A stretch of DNA of 64,000 nt from positions 251,148-315,147 of the forward strand of contig CAVXMC010000001.1 in the NCBI GenBank assembly GCA_963762795.1, in the 5' to 3' direction. Made by a program: the position numbers and the translations under genes. This DNA comes from an uncultured Actinomycetota bacterium. Its GTDB lineage: Bacteria > Actinomycetota > Actinomycetes > Mycobacteriales > SCTD01. Position 1 is the first letter of the stretch; every line of letters starts with the position of its first letter. Below, piece after piece: positions 26,681 to 36,693 of this stretch. A model generated the notes under the pieces. The model made no database searches and had not been told where the DNA came from. It saw only the letters and a list, made by a program, of their open reading frames with translations.

Positions 26681-26810
26681 GATTTTTCCCCTTGTAGGAC
26701 GATGTACGGGGAGCCGGCCCCGGTAACCAGGCGGACCTGCTGGTGCACGGGTTCCTCGGCTTTGCGAACCCGCCTCGCGACGGGTGTGCCTTTTCGGCCG
26801 GTGCGGCTCG

Positions 26811-26829
26811 TTGACAATTACTGTATCGG
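26811..26829 (-). promoter_or_regulatory. AT-rich island upstream of pilA; candidate -10 (TACAGT) / operator
   Basis: ttgacaattactgtatcgg is the most AT-rich stretch in this part of the window. The minus strand reads CCGATACAGTAATTGTCAA, with TACAGT at 26820-26825 about 140 nt upstream of the pilA start. The imperfect palindrome is ACAGTAATTGT. No convincing -35. Confidence 0.25.
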
Positions 26830-26889
26830 CCGGCCGGGGCGCGCCTTGAGGAGCCGAATCTGGTGACACGCGGTGCTTCCGGCACCGGG

Positions 26890-27207
26890 TCACCCGTCGG
26901 GCCTCACGTGCTCGGAGTGCCGCCGTGCGTGGTGGCTCAGCCGTCGCATGCCGCCGCCGTTGGGCGGGATCTCGAGCCGGCGGCTTCTCCTTCACCGGCA
27001 GGGTCGTGGAGGTGCAGCCGGCAGCCTTGGCCGTGTTGCCCTTCTCGTTGTAGGTCGCCGGCGCGTAGTCGTTGTTGCCGCCCTTGCCGTTGCTGCAGCT
27101 GGCGTTGGTATGCCCTGCGCCGGCAAGGCTGGTCCGCGAGCGGTGCGACGGCGCGGGGACCAGCATCGCCGCGGTCGTCGCCAGGACGACGTGAGAGTCC
27201 TTCTCAT
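26890..27207 (-). CDS. Small secreted Cys-containing protein candidate between pilC and pilA; frame-disrupted, 3' end uncertain
   Basis: GGAGGA-acc-ATG is at 27207. One nt downstream, the adjacent frame gives EKDSHVVLATTAAMLVPAPSHRSRTSLAGAGHTNASCSNGKGGNNDYAPATYNEKGNTAKAAGCTSTTLPVKEKPP. It has strong GC3 bias and Asn/Lys/Tyr content atypical of out-of-frame sequence. It is signal-peptide-like (SLA|GAG). Possible continuations end at 26937 or 26890. Confidence 0.35.
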
Positions 27208-27311
27208 GGTTCCTCCATCAGTGCGAGCGACCCGGTCGGGCCGCCTCACACCTTGTCTCGGCGGCATCCTGCCGGACCCTGCGTTGAGCCGTTCGGCGCA
27301 ACTTCCGCGGG

Positions 27312-28544
27312 CTACTTGACAGGTCGAAGACGCTTGAAGATCGGCATGTACAGGGCGACGATCATGGAGCCGACGACGGCGCCCAGGAAGGCGATCATCA
27401 GCGGCTCGATGAGCGCCGTCAGCGCCTCGGTGGTCGCCTCGACCTCCTGGTCGTAGAACTCCGAGATCTTCAGCAGCATCGCGTCCAGGGCGCCGGTGTC
27501 CTCGCCGACCGCCATCATCTGCACGACCATCGGCGGGAAGACCGGGTGGTTGAGCAGCGGCGCCGGCCAGGGACTCGCCGCTGCGCACGCTGTCCTGCAC
27601 GTCGCGGATGGCCCGTGCCAGCACGACGTTGCCCGTCGTGTCGGCCACGATGTCGAGGCTCTGCAGGATGGGGACGCCCGACTTCATCATCGTGCCGAGG
27701 TTGCGGGAGAACCGGCTCAGGGCGATCTTGCGGAACAGCGTCGCCGAAGACCGGCACCTTCAGCTTCAGCGGGTCGACGACGTTGCGCACGCGCTCGGTG
27801 TGCTTCGTGCGCTTAACGCCACCGAGGCCGCGATGAGCAGGACCAGCAGGACGGGGAAGAAGGTCTTGATGCCCGTTGCTCAGCGCCGACCAGCACGCGG
27901 GTCGGGCAGCGGCAGCTCGCGCGCCGAGCGTCGGCGAACATGTTGGCGAAGACCGGGACGATGAACAGCAGCATGGCCGTGCACATCAGGATGGCCATGA
28001 CGAAGACGACGACCGGGTAGGTCATGGCGGCCTTGACCTTGCCGCGCAGCTTGACCTCGGCCTCGTAGTTCGCGGCGATCTGCAGCAGCACGGCTGTCGA
28101 GGAAGCCGCCGACCTCGCCGGCCTTGGTCATGTTGACCAGCAGCGGCGGGAACACCTTCGGGTGCCTGCCCAGGCGGCCGACAGCGAGTTGCCGGTCTCG
28201 ATGTCGTTGCGGACCTCGCCGAGGACGCGGGCGAGCTCCTTGTTCTCCGTCTGGTTGGTGAGGATGCGTCAGCGAGCGCAGGAGCGAGAGGCCGGAGTTG
28301 AGCATCGTCGCGAACTGCCGCGAGAAGACCGCCAGGTCCTTGAGCTTCACCTTGGGCGTGCAGCCCGGGAGCTTGATCTCCCGCTGCAGCCCGGTGTTGG
28401 TGCCTCGTTGATGCTGACCGGGGCGAAGCCCATGCTCTTGAGCTCGAGCAGCGGCCTGGGCCTCGCTGTCCGCCTCCAGCCGCCCGTTGGTCAGGGCTCC
28501 CGGTCCGGTCCCTGACCTTGTAGTCGAACGTCGCGGCTGCTCAT
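27312..28544 (-). pseudogene. pilC: Type IV pilus platform protein PilC (GspF family); at least ten frame breaks
   Basis: An ATG at 28544 (MSSR) is followed by conserved pieces alternating among all three frames. These are FDYKVRDRTG, ALTNGRLEADSEAQAAA, LLELKSMGFAPVSINEA, TNTGLQREIKLPG..KVKLKDLAVFSRQFATMLNSGLSLLRSL, ILTNQTENKELARVLGEVRNDIETGNSLSAA, LGRHPKVFPPLLVNMTKAGEVGGFLD, VLLQIAANYEAEVKLRGKVKAAMTYPVVVFVMAILM..., VRNVVDPLKLKVPVFG, MMKSGVPILQSLDIVADTTGN..., and MVVQMMAVGEDTGALDAMLLKISEFYDQEVE...-stop. They fall in ORFs 27880..28350, 27813..28091, 27515..27790, 26992..27690 and 27312..27530. Confidence 0.85.
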
Positions 28545-28552
28545 GGCGCGCC

Positions 28553-29894
28553 TCAGGCCCGGCCGCAGAGGCGGTTGAAGTCGTCGACGTGGTGGCACTT
28601 CTCGAGCGCCGCCTCGTAGGTGATCCGGTTCTGCCGGACCAGCAGCGACAGGTGGGCGTCCATCGTGGACATGCCGAACTTCGCCCCGGCCTGCAGCGCG
28701 GAGTAGATCTGGTGGGTCTTGCCCTCGCGGATGAGGTTGCGGATCGCCGGGGTCGCGCGCAGCACCTCGGTGGCCACGACCCGGCCCTTGCCGTCCGCGG
28801 TCTTGACCAGCTGCTGGCAGACGACGCCCTGCAGCGCGCCGGCGAGCTGGACGCGCACCTGCTGCTGCTGGGCCGGCGGGAAGACGTCGATGATGCGGTC
28901 GATCGTCTGCGCGGCGTCCTGGGTGTGCAGGGTCGCCATGACCAGGTGGCCGGTCTCCGCGGCGGTGAGCGCGATCTCGATCGTCTCGAGGTCGCGGAGC
29001 TCGCCGACCAGGATGATGTCCGGGTCCTGCCGCAGCACGTGCTTGAGCGCGTTCTGGAACGACCAGGTGTCCTCGCCGACCTCGCGCTGGTTCACCAGGC
29101 AGCCCTGGTGCTGGTGCAGGAACTCGATCGGGTCCTCGACGGTCATGATGTGGTCGTGGCGGGTGCGGTTCGCCAGGTCGACCAGGGACGCGAGGGTCGT
29201 CGACTTGCCGGAGCCGGTCGGGCCGGTGACGAGGACGAAGCCGCGGGTCAGCCCGGCCAGCTCGGCCACCGCGTCCGGGACGCCCGAGCGCCTCGAGCGG
29301 CTTGATCTCGGCCGGGATCAGGCGGAAGGCGGCGCCGAGGGCGTCGCGCTGGCGGTAGACGTTGACGCGGAAGCGGGCGCGCCCGGGGACCGAGTAGGCG
29401 AAGTCGAGCTCGAGGGTCTCCTCGAAGCGCTCCCGCTGCTTCTGCGACAGGATCGCGTACATCGTCTTCTGGATCATCGCGGCCGACAGGACGGGGAAGC
29501 CGCCGACCGGCATGAGCGCGCCGTGGTGGCGGACGGTGGGCGGCGCACCGACGGTCAGGTGCAGGTCCGAGGCGCCGTGCTCGAGCACGTGCATGAGCAG
29601 GTCGACCAGGAAGCTGCTCGAGTCGCTGTTGTCCTCGCTGCCGAGGCGCACGGCGGCGGGCTCCTCGCTGCGCACGGCCTGGGCCGGGACGGCGGCGACG
29701 GCGACGGGGGCCGGCACGGCGGCCAGCTGCGGCGCGGCGACCGGCGCCGGCGCGGCGAGGGCCACGGACGAGGCGCGCGCGGGGACGGCGCCCAGCTGCG
29801 GCGCGGGCGCGGCGACGGCCGGCACCTGGATGCTCGGCTCGAGGCCGGGCACCACGACGGGTGCCTCGCTCGACGGCGTCTGGGGTCGCTCCAC
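28553..29894 (-). CDS. pilT: Twitching-motility ATPase PilT with ~90-aa Ala/Pro-rich N-terminal extension; one frame break
   Basis: The GTG at 29894 lies 6 nt after AGGAGGA. The N-part lies in ORF 28491..29915 (...FLVDLLMHVLEHGASDLHLTVGAPPTVRHHG...RFRVNVYRQRDALGAAFRLIP). The C-part lies in ORF 28553..29269 (GFVLVTGPTGSGKSTTLA...ILVGELRD...ATLHT). The break is at ~29280. Confidence 0.85.
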
Positions 29895-29978
29895 GGGACG
29901 TCCTCCTGTCGGCACCGGACCGACCGGTGCTCCTCGTCAGGACATCGGCGGTGCGGAGCCGGACCCTTGAGACCCCGT

Positions 29979-31644
29979 CTAGACGACGACGCGCAGGATC
30001 TCCTCGACCGAGGTCTCGCCCAGCAGCACCTTCGCCAGGCCGTCGTCGCGCAGGCTGATCATCCCCTGCTCGCGGGCCACCCGGCCGATCACCGCCGAGG
30101 GGCGCTGCTCGATGGCGAGCCGCTCGACCTCCTCGGTGACCGCCATGACCTCGTGCAGGGCGAGCCGACCCTTGTAGCCGGTGCGCGCGCACGCGCTGCA
30201 GCCGACCGCGCGGTACAGCGTCGGCAGCTGGTCCGAGGCCCACGGGATGCGCGCCTGGTGCAGGAACTCCAGCGTCGGGACGTACGCCTGCTTGCACTTC
30301 GTGCACAGCCTGCGGGCGAGGCGCTGGGCGACGACGCAGTCCAGCGCCGACCCGACGAGGAACGGCTCGATGCCCATCTCGCTCAGCCGCGTGATCGCCG
30401 ACGGGGCGTCGTTGGTGTGCAGCGTCGAGAGCACCAGGTGGCCGGTGAGCGCCGCCTCGGTCGCGATCTGCGCGGTCTCGTGGTCGCGGATCTCGCCGAG
30501 CAGCACGATGTCGGGGTCCGAGCGCAGGATCGACCTCAGCGCCGCCGCGAAGGTCAGGCCCGCCTTGGCGTTGGTCTGCACCTGGTTGATGCCGGGCAGC
30601 CGGTACTCCACCGGGTCCTCGACCGTGATCACGTTGACCTCGGGCTTGCTGACCACGTTGAGCGTGGCGTACAGCGTCGTCGACTTGCCCGAGCCGGTCG
30701 GGCCGGTCACGAGGATCATCCCGTACGGCTTGGTGTAGCTCTTCGCGAAGACCTGCTGGTTGGCCTCGCTGAAGCCGAGGTCGGCGAGCCGGAGCATCGC
30801 CGTGGAGTTGTCCAGGATGCGCATGACGATCTTCTCGCCCCACACCGTGGGCAGGGTCGCCACGCGCAGGTCGAGCTTGCGGCCGTTCACCGCCGACCGA
30901 CAGCCGGCCGTCCTGCGGCAGCCGCCGCTCGGCGATGTCGATGTCAGCCATGATCTTCAGGCGGCTGGTGACACCGGAGGCGACCGTCTTGGGCGAGCGC
31001 ATGACCTCGTGCAGCACGCCGTCGATGCGGAACCGGACCCGCAGGTCCTTCTCGGTCGGCTCGATGTGGATGTCGGAGGCGCGGTCCTGCACGGCCTGCG
31101 TGATGAGCAGGTTGACGAACTTGACGATCGGCGCGTCCTCGACCACCTCGGTGACCGCGCTCTGGTCGACCTCGGTCTGCGGCCGGCGTCCATGGCGCGT
31201 CGTGAGGTCGTCGAGCTGGGCGTCGCCGCGGTGGTAGCGGTTGAGCGCCTCGAGGACGTCCGGCCGGGTGGCCACCACGGGCCGGATCTCGTAGCCGCTG
31301 ACCGTGCGCATGTCGTCGACGGCGAAGACGTTCGCCGGGTCGGCCATGGCGACGACGAGCTTGCCGTCCTCGTAGCCGATCGGCAGCGCGGTGTGCCGCC
31401 GGCAGACGCCCTCCGGCACCAGCGCGACGGCGGAGATGTCCACCGGGTGGTCGGAGAGGTCGACGAAGCGCATGCCGATCTGGGTGGCCAGCGCGACGAC
31501 CAGCTGGCCCTCGGACAGCACGCCCAGGTCGACGAGGACCCGGCCGAGGCTGCGGCCGAGCCGGCGCTGCTCCTCGACCGCGCTGCTGAGCTGCTCGGGG
31601 GTGATCTGGCCACCCTCGAGCAGGACGTCACCGAGCTGCTTCAC
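29979..31644 (-). CDS. pilB: Type IV pilus assembly ATPase PilB (GspE family, MshEN-type N-terminus); one frame break
   Basis: The GTG at 31644 starts the N-part in ORF 29248..31644 (KQLGDVLLEGGQITPEQL...ASDIHIEP...RLPQDGRLSV). The C-part is in ORF 29979..30890 (NGRKLDLRVATLPTVWGEKIVMRIL...VTGPTGSGKSTTLYA...LLGEIRD...STLHTNDA...CTKCK...CSAC). The break is at ~30890. Confidence 0.9.
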
Positions 31645-31696
31645 AGGCGGTGTCCTCGGAGGGGGCGCAGGACGGGCACGTCGTCCCCATCGGCCG

Positions 31697-32477
31697 TCAT
31701 GGGCCGATGTGGAGCAGTGCGGCGCGCATCACGTCGAGCGGCGGCGTCCGGCCCGTCATGAGCTCCACCTGGCCGACGGCCTGGTGCAGCAGCATCGCCT
31801 GGCCGCCGACCACCGTCCCGCCGCAGGCGGCGGCGAGCGGCGTCGGCCACGGGGCGTAGACGACGTCGAGCAGGGCGGGCACGTCGCGCGCGTGCGAGGC
31901 GTACGGGTCCGCCGCTCCGGCGGGCAGGGTGGAGACCAGCAGGTCGCAGCCGCGCAGGACCGCCGGGTCCCAGGCCCGCACCTGCGGGCGCACCCCGAGC
32001 CGTACGGCCGCGGCCAGCGTCTCGGTGGGGTGCGAGCGCACGACCAGCACGGGGTCGAGGCAGCCGAGCCGGGCCAGCGCGGCGAGGGCGGAGCGGGCGG
32101 TCGCTCCCCCGCCGAGCACCACCGCGCGCCCGGCGGCGGTCACCCCGGCCTCGGCCAGCGCGCCCACGATGCCGTCGACGTCGGTGTTGTGGCCGTGCCG
32201 CCGCCCCGTCGCGCAGCACCACCGTGTTGGCCGCCGCGACGTCGCGCGCGAGGTCCGAGCAGGTGTCCAGCAGCGGCAGCACAGCCTGCTTGAGCGGCAT
32301 GGTCAGCGACAGCCCGCCCCACTCGTCGCCGAGGCCGGCCAGGAAGCCGGGCAGCCCGGCCTCGTCCACCTCGACGGCGTCGTAGGTCCAGTCCAGGCCG
32401 AGCGCCGCGTACGCCGCCCGGTGCAGCGCCGGCGACAGCGAGTGGCGGACCGGCGACCCGAGGACGGCGGCGCGCAC
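31697..32477 (-). CDS. aroE: Shikimate dehydrogenase; one frame break
   Basis: The N-part is in ORF 31641..32477 (RAAVLGSPVRHSLSPALHRAAY...LSLTMPLKQAV...AANTVVLRDG). The continuation HGHNTDVDGIVGALAEAG...VLGGGATARSA...-stop is in ORF 31697..32167. The break is at ~32195. Confidence 0.85.
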
Positions 32478-32480
32478 GGG

Positions 32481-33574
32481 CTAGAAGACGCCCTCGCGCT
32501 GGGACTTGGCCTTCTGCGCCAGGAACTCGTCGTAGGACGCCGTGAACAGCGTGCGCCCGCTCTTGTCGGCCAGCACGTAGTAGACCCAGTCGCCGGTCGC
32601 CGGCTGCGAGCGCCGCCTGCAGCGTGGCCTCGCCCGGTGACGCGATGGGCGTCGGCGGCAGGCCCTTCTTGCGCCGCAGGTTGTAGGGGTTGTCCGACTC
32701 CAGCTCCGACTGCTTGATGGCGCCCGAGGTGCGGCCCAGGCCGAACAGCAGCGCCGCGTCGATGCCCAGCGGCTCGCCGCGCTCGAGCCGGTTGTAGACG
32801 ACCCGGGCCACCTTGGGCAGCTCGTCCTTGAGCCGTACCTCGCGCTCGATGAGGCTCGCCACGACCACGGCCTCGTACGGCGTGAGGTCGAGCGCGGCGG
32901 CGCGCTCCTCCAGGCCGGTCTCGGCGGCGGCCTTCTCGAAGCGCGCGACCATCATCTTCAGCGCCTCGACCGCGGTGGTGCCGGGCTCGAGCTCGTAGGT
33001 CGCCGGGAACAGGAAGCCCTCGAGCCCCTTGGCGTAGCTGGGCAGGCCGAGCGCGGCGGTGTCCTTGGCGGCGGCCTGCAGCTGGGCGAGCGGGATGTCG
33101 GTGGAGCCGGCGATGCGGGCGAGGGTCTGCGTGACGGTGAAGCCCTCGGGCACGACGACGCGGCCGCGCAGGCGGCTGTCCGGGTCGAGCAGCAGCGTCA
33201 GGGCCGCCTCGCCGCTCATCTGCTTGCGCAGCGTGTAGGTGCCGGGCTGCAGCTTGCGCGAGTCGGGGTTCTCCAGCGCCGCGGCGGTGAAGGCGCGGGT
33301 GCTCTTGACCACGCCCTTCTGGAGCAGCGTCGCGGCGACGTCGGAGGCGGTCTGGCTGGGCTGCACCTGGACGACGACCTCGCCGCTGCCGGCGCCGGCG
33401 TAGTCCTCGACGCTCGGGCGAGCGGAAGCTGTCGAGCACGGCCCGGCCCCCGAGCACCAGCCCGACCACCAGGGCGAGCACCAGGGCCAGCACGAGCAGG
33501 GGGCCGAACCGCCGGCGGCGCCGGCGCCCGCGGGGCGGCGGCGGGTCGGACCGGAGGTCCAGCAGGTCGCTCAC
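32481..33574 (-). CDS. mltG: Endolytic murein transglycosylase MltG (YceG-like); two frame breaks
   Basis: N-terminus MSDLLDLRSD...FGPLLVLALVLALVVGLVLGG (TM) lies in ORF 32303..33574. The core (QPGTYTLRKQMSG..., VVASLIEREVRL..., SDNPYNLRRKKGLPPTPIASPGEATL) lies in ORF 32140..33366. The tail RSQPATGDWVYYVLADKSGRTLFTASYDEFLAQKAKSQREGVF-stop is in the third frame. Breaks are at ~33420 and ~32615. Confidence 0.8.
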
Positions 33575-33610
33575 GCGGCCGAGACTACTGGCCGGGGTGT
33601 GAGGTCCCCG

Positions 33611-34028
33611 TCAGCGCCGCGCGTCGAGCACGCCCTGCAGCAGGGCCACCGCCGCCGCCTGGTCGATCACGGCGCGCTGCTTCTTGGCCGACCTGCCCGG
33701 ACGCGCGCAGCGCCGCGGTGGCGCTGACCGTCGTCAGCCGCTCGTCGACGAGCTCGACGGGGACCGGAGCGACGAGCGGCTCGAGCTTCGCCGCCCAGGT
33801 CCGGGCCATGTCGGCCGAGGCAGACGCGCTGACGCCGGACATGCTGGTCGGCAGGCCGACGACGACGAGCACCGCCTCCCGCTCGGCCACCAGCGCGGCG
33901 ACCCGCCGGTGACCCGGCGCCGGGACGGTCTCGACCGGGCTGGCGAGGATGCGGTGCGGGTCGCTGGCGGCGACGCCGACCCGGACCGTGCCGACGTCGA
34001 CCGCCAGGACCACCCCGGGCAGGGTCAC
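33611..34028 (-). CDS. ruvX: Holliday-junction-resolvase-like pre-16S rRNA nuclease RuvX/YqgF; one frame break
   Basis: ORF 33585..34028 reads (V)[22 protein letters not shown]...[11 protein letters not shown]...VDERLTT. The tail [24 protein letters not shown]-stop is in the adjacent frame. The break is at ~33685. Confidence 0.8.
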
Positions 34029-36693
34029 GGGCTGGTGGTGCGCCCGACGAGCTGCTCACCGAGGCGCAGCGCCTCCGCGATGCCGGACGCGTCGGTGCCG
34101 CCGCCCTGGGCGACGTCGTCCTTGCCGCCGCCCTTGCCGCCGACGGCCGGGGCGACCTCGCGCAGCAGCGCGCTGGCGGACAGGCCACGGGCCCGGCCGG
34201 CGTCGTTGACCGCGGCGACCAGGGTGACCCGGTCACCGCCGGCCGCGACCAGCACGGCCGCGGGACGGTCGGCCGGGATGCGGCCGCGGACGTCGAGCGC
34301 CAGGCTGCGCACCAGGTCGCCGGGGGTGCCGGCCGGCGCCTCGATGCCGACCCAGGCCACGCCGCCGACGTCGGTGGCGCCGGTCGCGAAGGCGGCCGCC
34401 TGCTGCAGGACCTGGCCGGCCTTGAGCTGGGCCAGCTCCTTCTCCACGTCGCGCAGGCGGGCCAGCGTCGACGCCACGCGGTCGGGCACCTCGGCGGACG
34501 GCACCTTGAGCGCCGACGCGAGCTGGCTCATGAGCACGTGCTCGCGGGCGAGGTAGTCGTAGGCGTCCAGGCCGACCAGGCCCTCGACCCGGCGCACGCC
34601 GGAGCCGATGCTCGACTCGCTCAGCAGCTTGACCATGCCGAGCTGGCCGGAGCGGGCGGCGTGGGTGCCACCGCACAGCTCACGGGCGTAGTCGCCGACC
34701 TCGACCACGCGGACGGCGTCGCCGTACTTCTCGCCGAACAGCGCCATCGCGCCGATCCGGCGGGCCTCCTCCTGCGTGGTGACGAAGGCGCGCACCTCGA
34801 GGTCGGCCAGGGCGATCTCGTTGATCTCCTGCTCGACGTCGGCCAGCACCGAGGCCGGCACGGCGCCGGGCGAGGAGAAGTCGAAGCGGAAGCGGCCCGG
34901 GTTGTTCTCCGAGCCGGCCTGGGTCGCCTGCTCCCCCAGCGCCGCGCGGAACGCGCTGTGCACCAGGTGGGTCGCGGTGTGGGCGCGGCTGATCGCCCGG
35001 CGGCGCTCCACGTCGACGCGGGCGTCGACCTGCGCGCCGACCCGGGCCGCACCGCGTACGACGCGACCGCGGTGCACGACCAGGCCCGGCAGCGCGGTCT
35101 GGACGTCCTCGATGCGCACCTCGGTGCCGTCGGACAGCAGCAGCACGCCCTGGTCGGCCTTCTGGCCACCGCCCTCGGCGTAGAACGGCGTGCGGTCGAG
35201 CACCAGCTCGACCAGGTCGCCCTCGCCGGCCTCCTGCGCGGGCTCGCCGTCGACGCAGCAGGCCGCGCAGCACCGACTCCGAGCGCACCTCGGCGTAGCC
35301 GGTGAAGCTGGTGCTGCCGGCCGCGTCGAGCAGCCCGCGGTAGGCGCGCGACGTCGACGTGGCCGGTCTTCTTGCTCCTTGCTGTCCTGCTTGCCCAGCT
35401 CCCGCTGCTCGGCTGCATGAGCGCGCGGAAGCCGTCCTCGTCGACCGACAGGCCCTGCTCGGCCGCCATCTCCAGCGTCAGGTCGATCGGGAAGCCGTAG
35501 GTGTCGTGCAGCTTGAAGGCGCCGTCGCCCGGCAGGACACCGCCGGACTGCTTCGCCGCCGGGACCGCCTGGTCGAAGACGGTGGCGCCCTTGCTGAGCG
35601 TCTCGAGGAAGGGCGCCTCCTCGGCCGCGGCCACCGCGTGGATGCGCACCGCGTCGGTGTCGAGCTCGGGGTACTGCGGGCCCATGGCGAGGATCGACGC
35701 GTCGACCAGCTCACGCATCACCGGCTGGTCGGCGCCGAGCAGGCGCATCGCCCGGATCGCGCGGCGGACGATGCGGCGCAGGACGTAGCCGCGGCCCTCG
35801 TTGGACGGCGTGACGCCGTCGCCCATCAGCATCACGGCGGTGCGGGCGTGGTCGGCGACGACGCGCAGCCGCACGTCGGCGGTCGGGTCGGCGCCGTAGC
35901 GGGTCCCGGTCAGCTCCGCGGCGCGGTCGAGGATGGTGCGGCTGGTGTCGATCTCGTACAGGTTGTCGACGCCCTGCAGGACGGTGGCGACCCGCTCCAG
36001 GCCCATGCCGGTGTCGATGTTCTGCGCCGGCAGCGGGCCGGCGATGTCGAAGTCGACCTTCGTGCGCACCGTCGACAGCTGGTACTGCATGAAGACGAGG
36101 TTCCACAGCTCGAGGTAGCGGTCCTCGTCGGCGACCGGCCCGCCCTCGCGGCCGTGCTCCGACCCGCGGTCGTAGTAGATCTCGCTGCACGGGCCGCCGG
36201 GGCCCGGGACGCCCATGTGCCAGTAGTTGTCGGCCTTGTCGCGGCGCTGGATGCGCGACTCGGGGACGTAGCGCTTCCAGAGCTCGATCGCCTCGTCGTC
36301 GTCGAGGTAGGCCGTCGTCCAGAGCCGGTCCTCGGGCAGGCCGTAGCCGCCGTCCTCGACCGAGCCGGTCAGCAGCGACCAGGCGAAGTCGATCGCCGCT
36401 TCCTTGAAGTAGTCGCCGAAGCTGAAGTTGCCGGCCATCTGGAAGAAGGAGCCGTGCCGCGTGGTCTTGCCGACCTCGTCGATGTCGAGCGTGCGCACGC
36501 ACTTCTGCACGCTGGTCGCCCGCTCGTACGGCGGCTGCAGCTCGCCCAGGAAGTACGGCTTGAACGGCACCATGCCGGCGTTGACCAGCAGCAGCGTCGG
36601 GTCGTCGGCGATCAGCGACGCCGAGGGCACGACGGTGTGGCCGCGGGCCTCGAAGTGGCCGAGGAAGCGGCGGCGGATCTCGTCGGACCTCAT
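34025..36693 (-). CDS. alaS: Alanine--tRNA ligase; cluster of about four frame switches at 35215-35415
   Basis: The N-terminal 430 aa lie in ORF 34621..36693 ([27 protein letters not shown]...[15 protein letters not shown]...). The C-terminal 392 aa lie in ORF 34025..35203 ([13 protein letters not shown]...HTATHLVH...CGGTH...). The linking ~70 aa ([13 protein letters not shown] / KKTGHVDV / [30 protein letters not shown] / [17 protein letters not shown]) hop between frames. Confidence 0.9.

Noticed and set aside
26773-26794. Sigma-54-like element (aGGCACacccgTCGC on the minus strand) upstream of pilA.
   Set aside because: It has two mismatches to TGGCAC-N5-TTGC at key positions. Actinobacteria are generally described as lacking RpoN, and no enhancer-binding protein gene is present.
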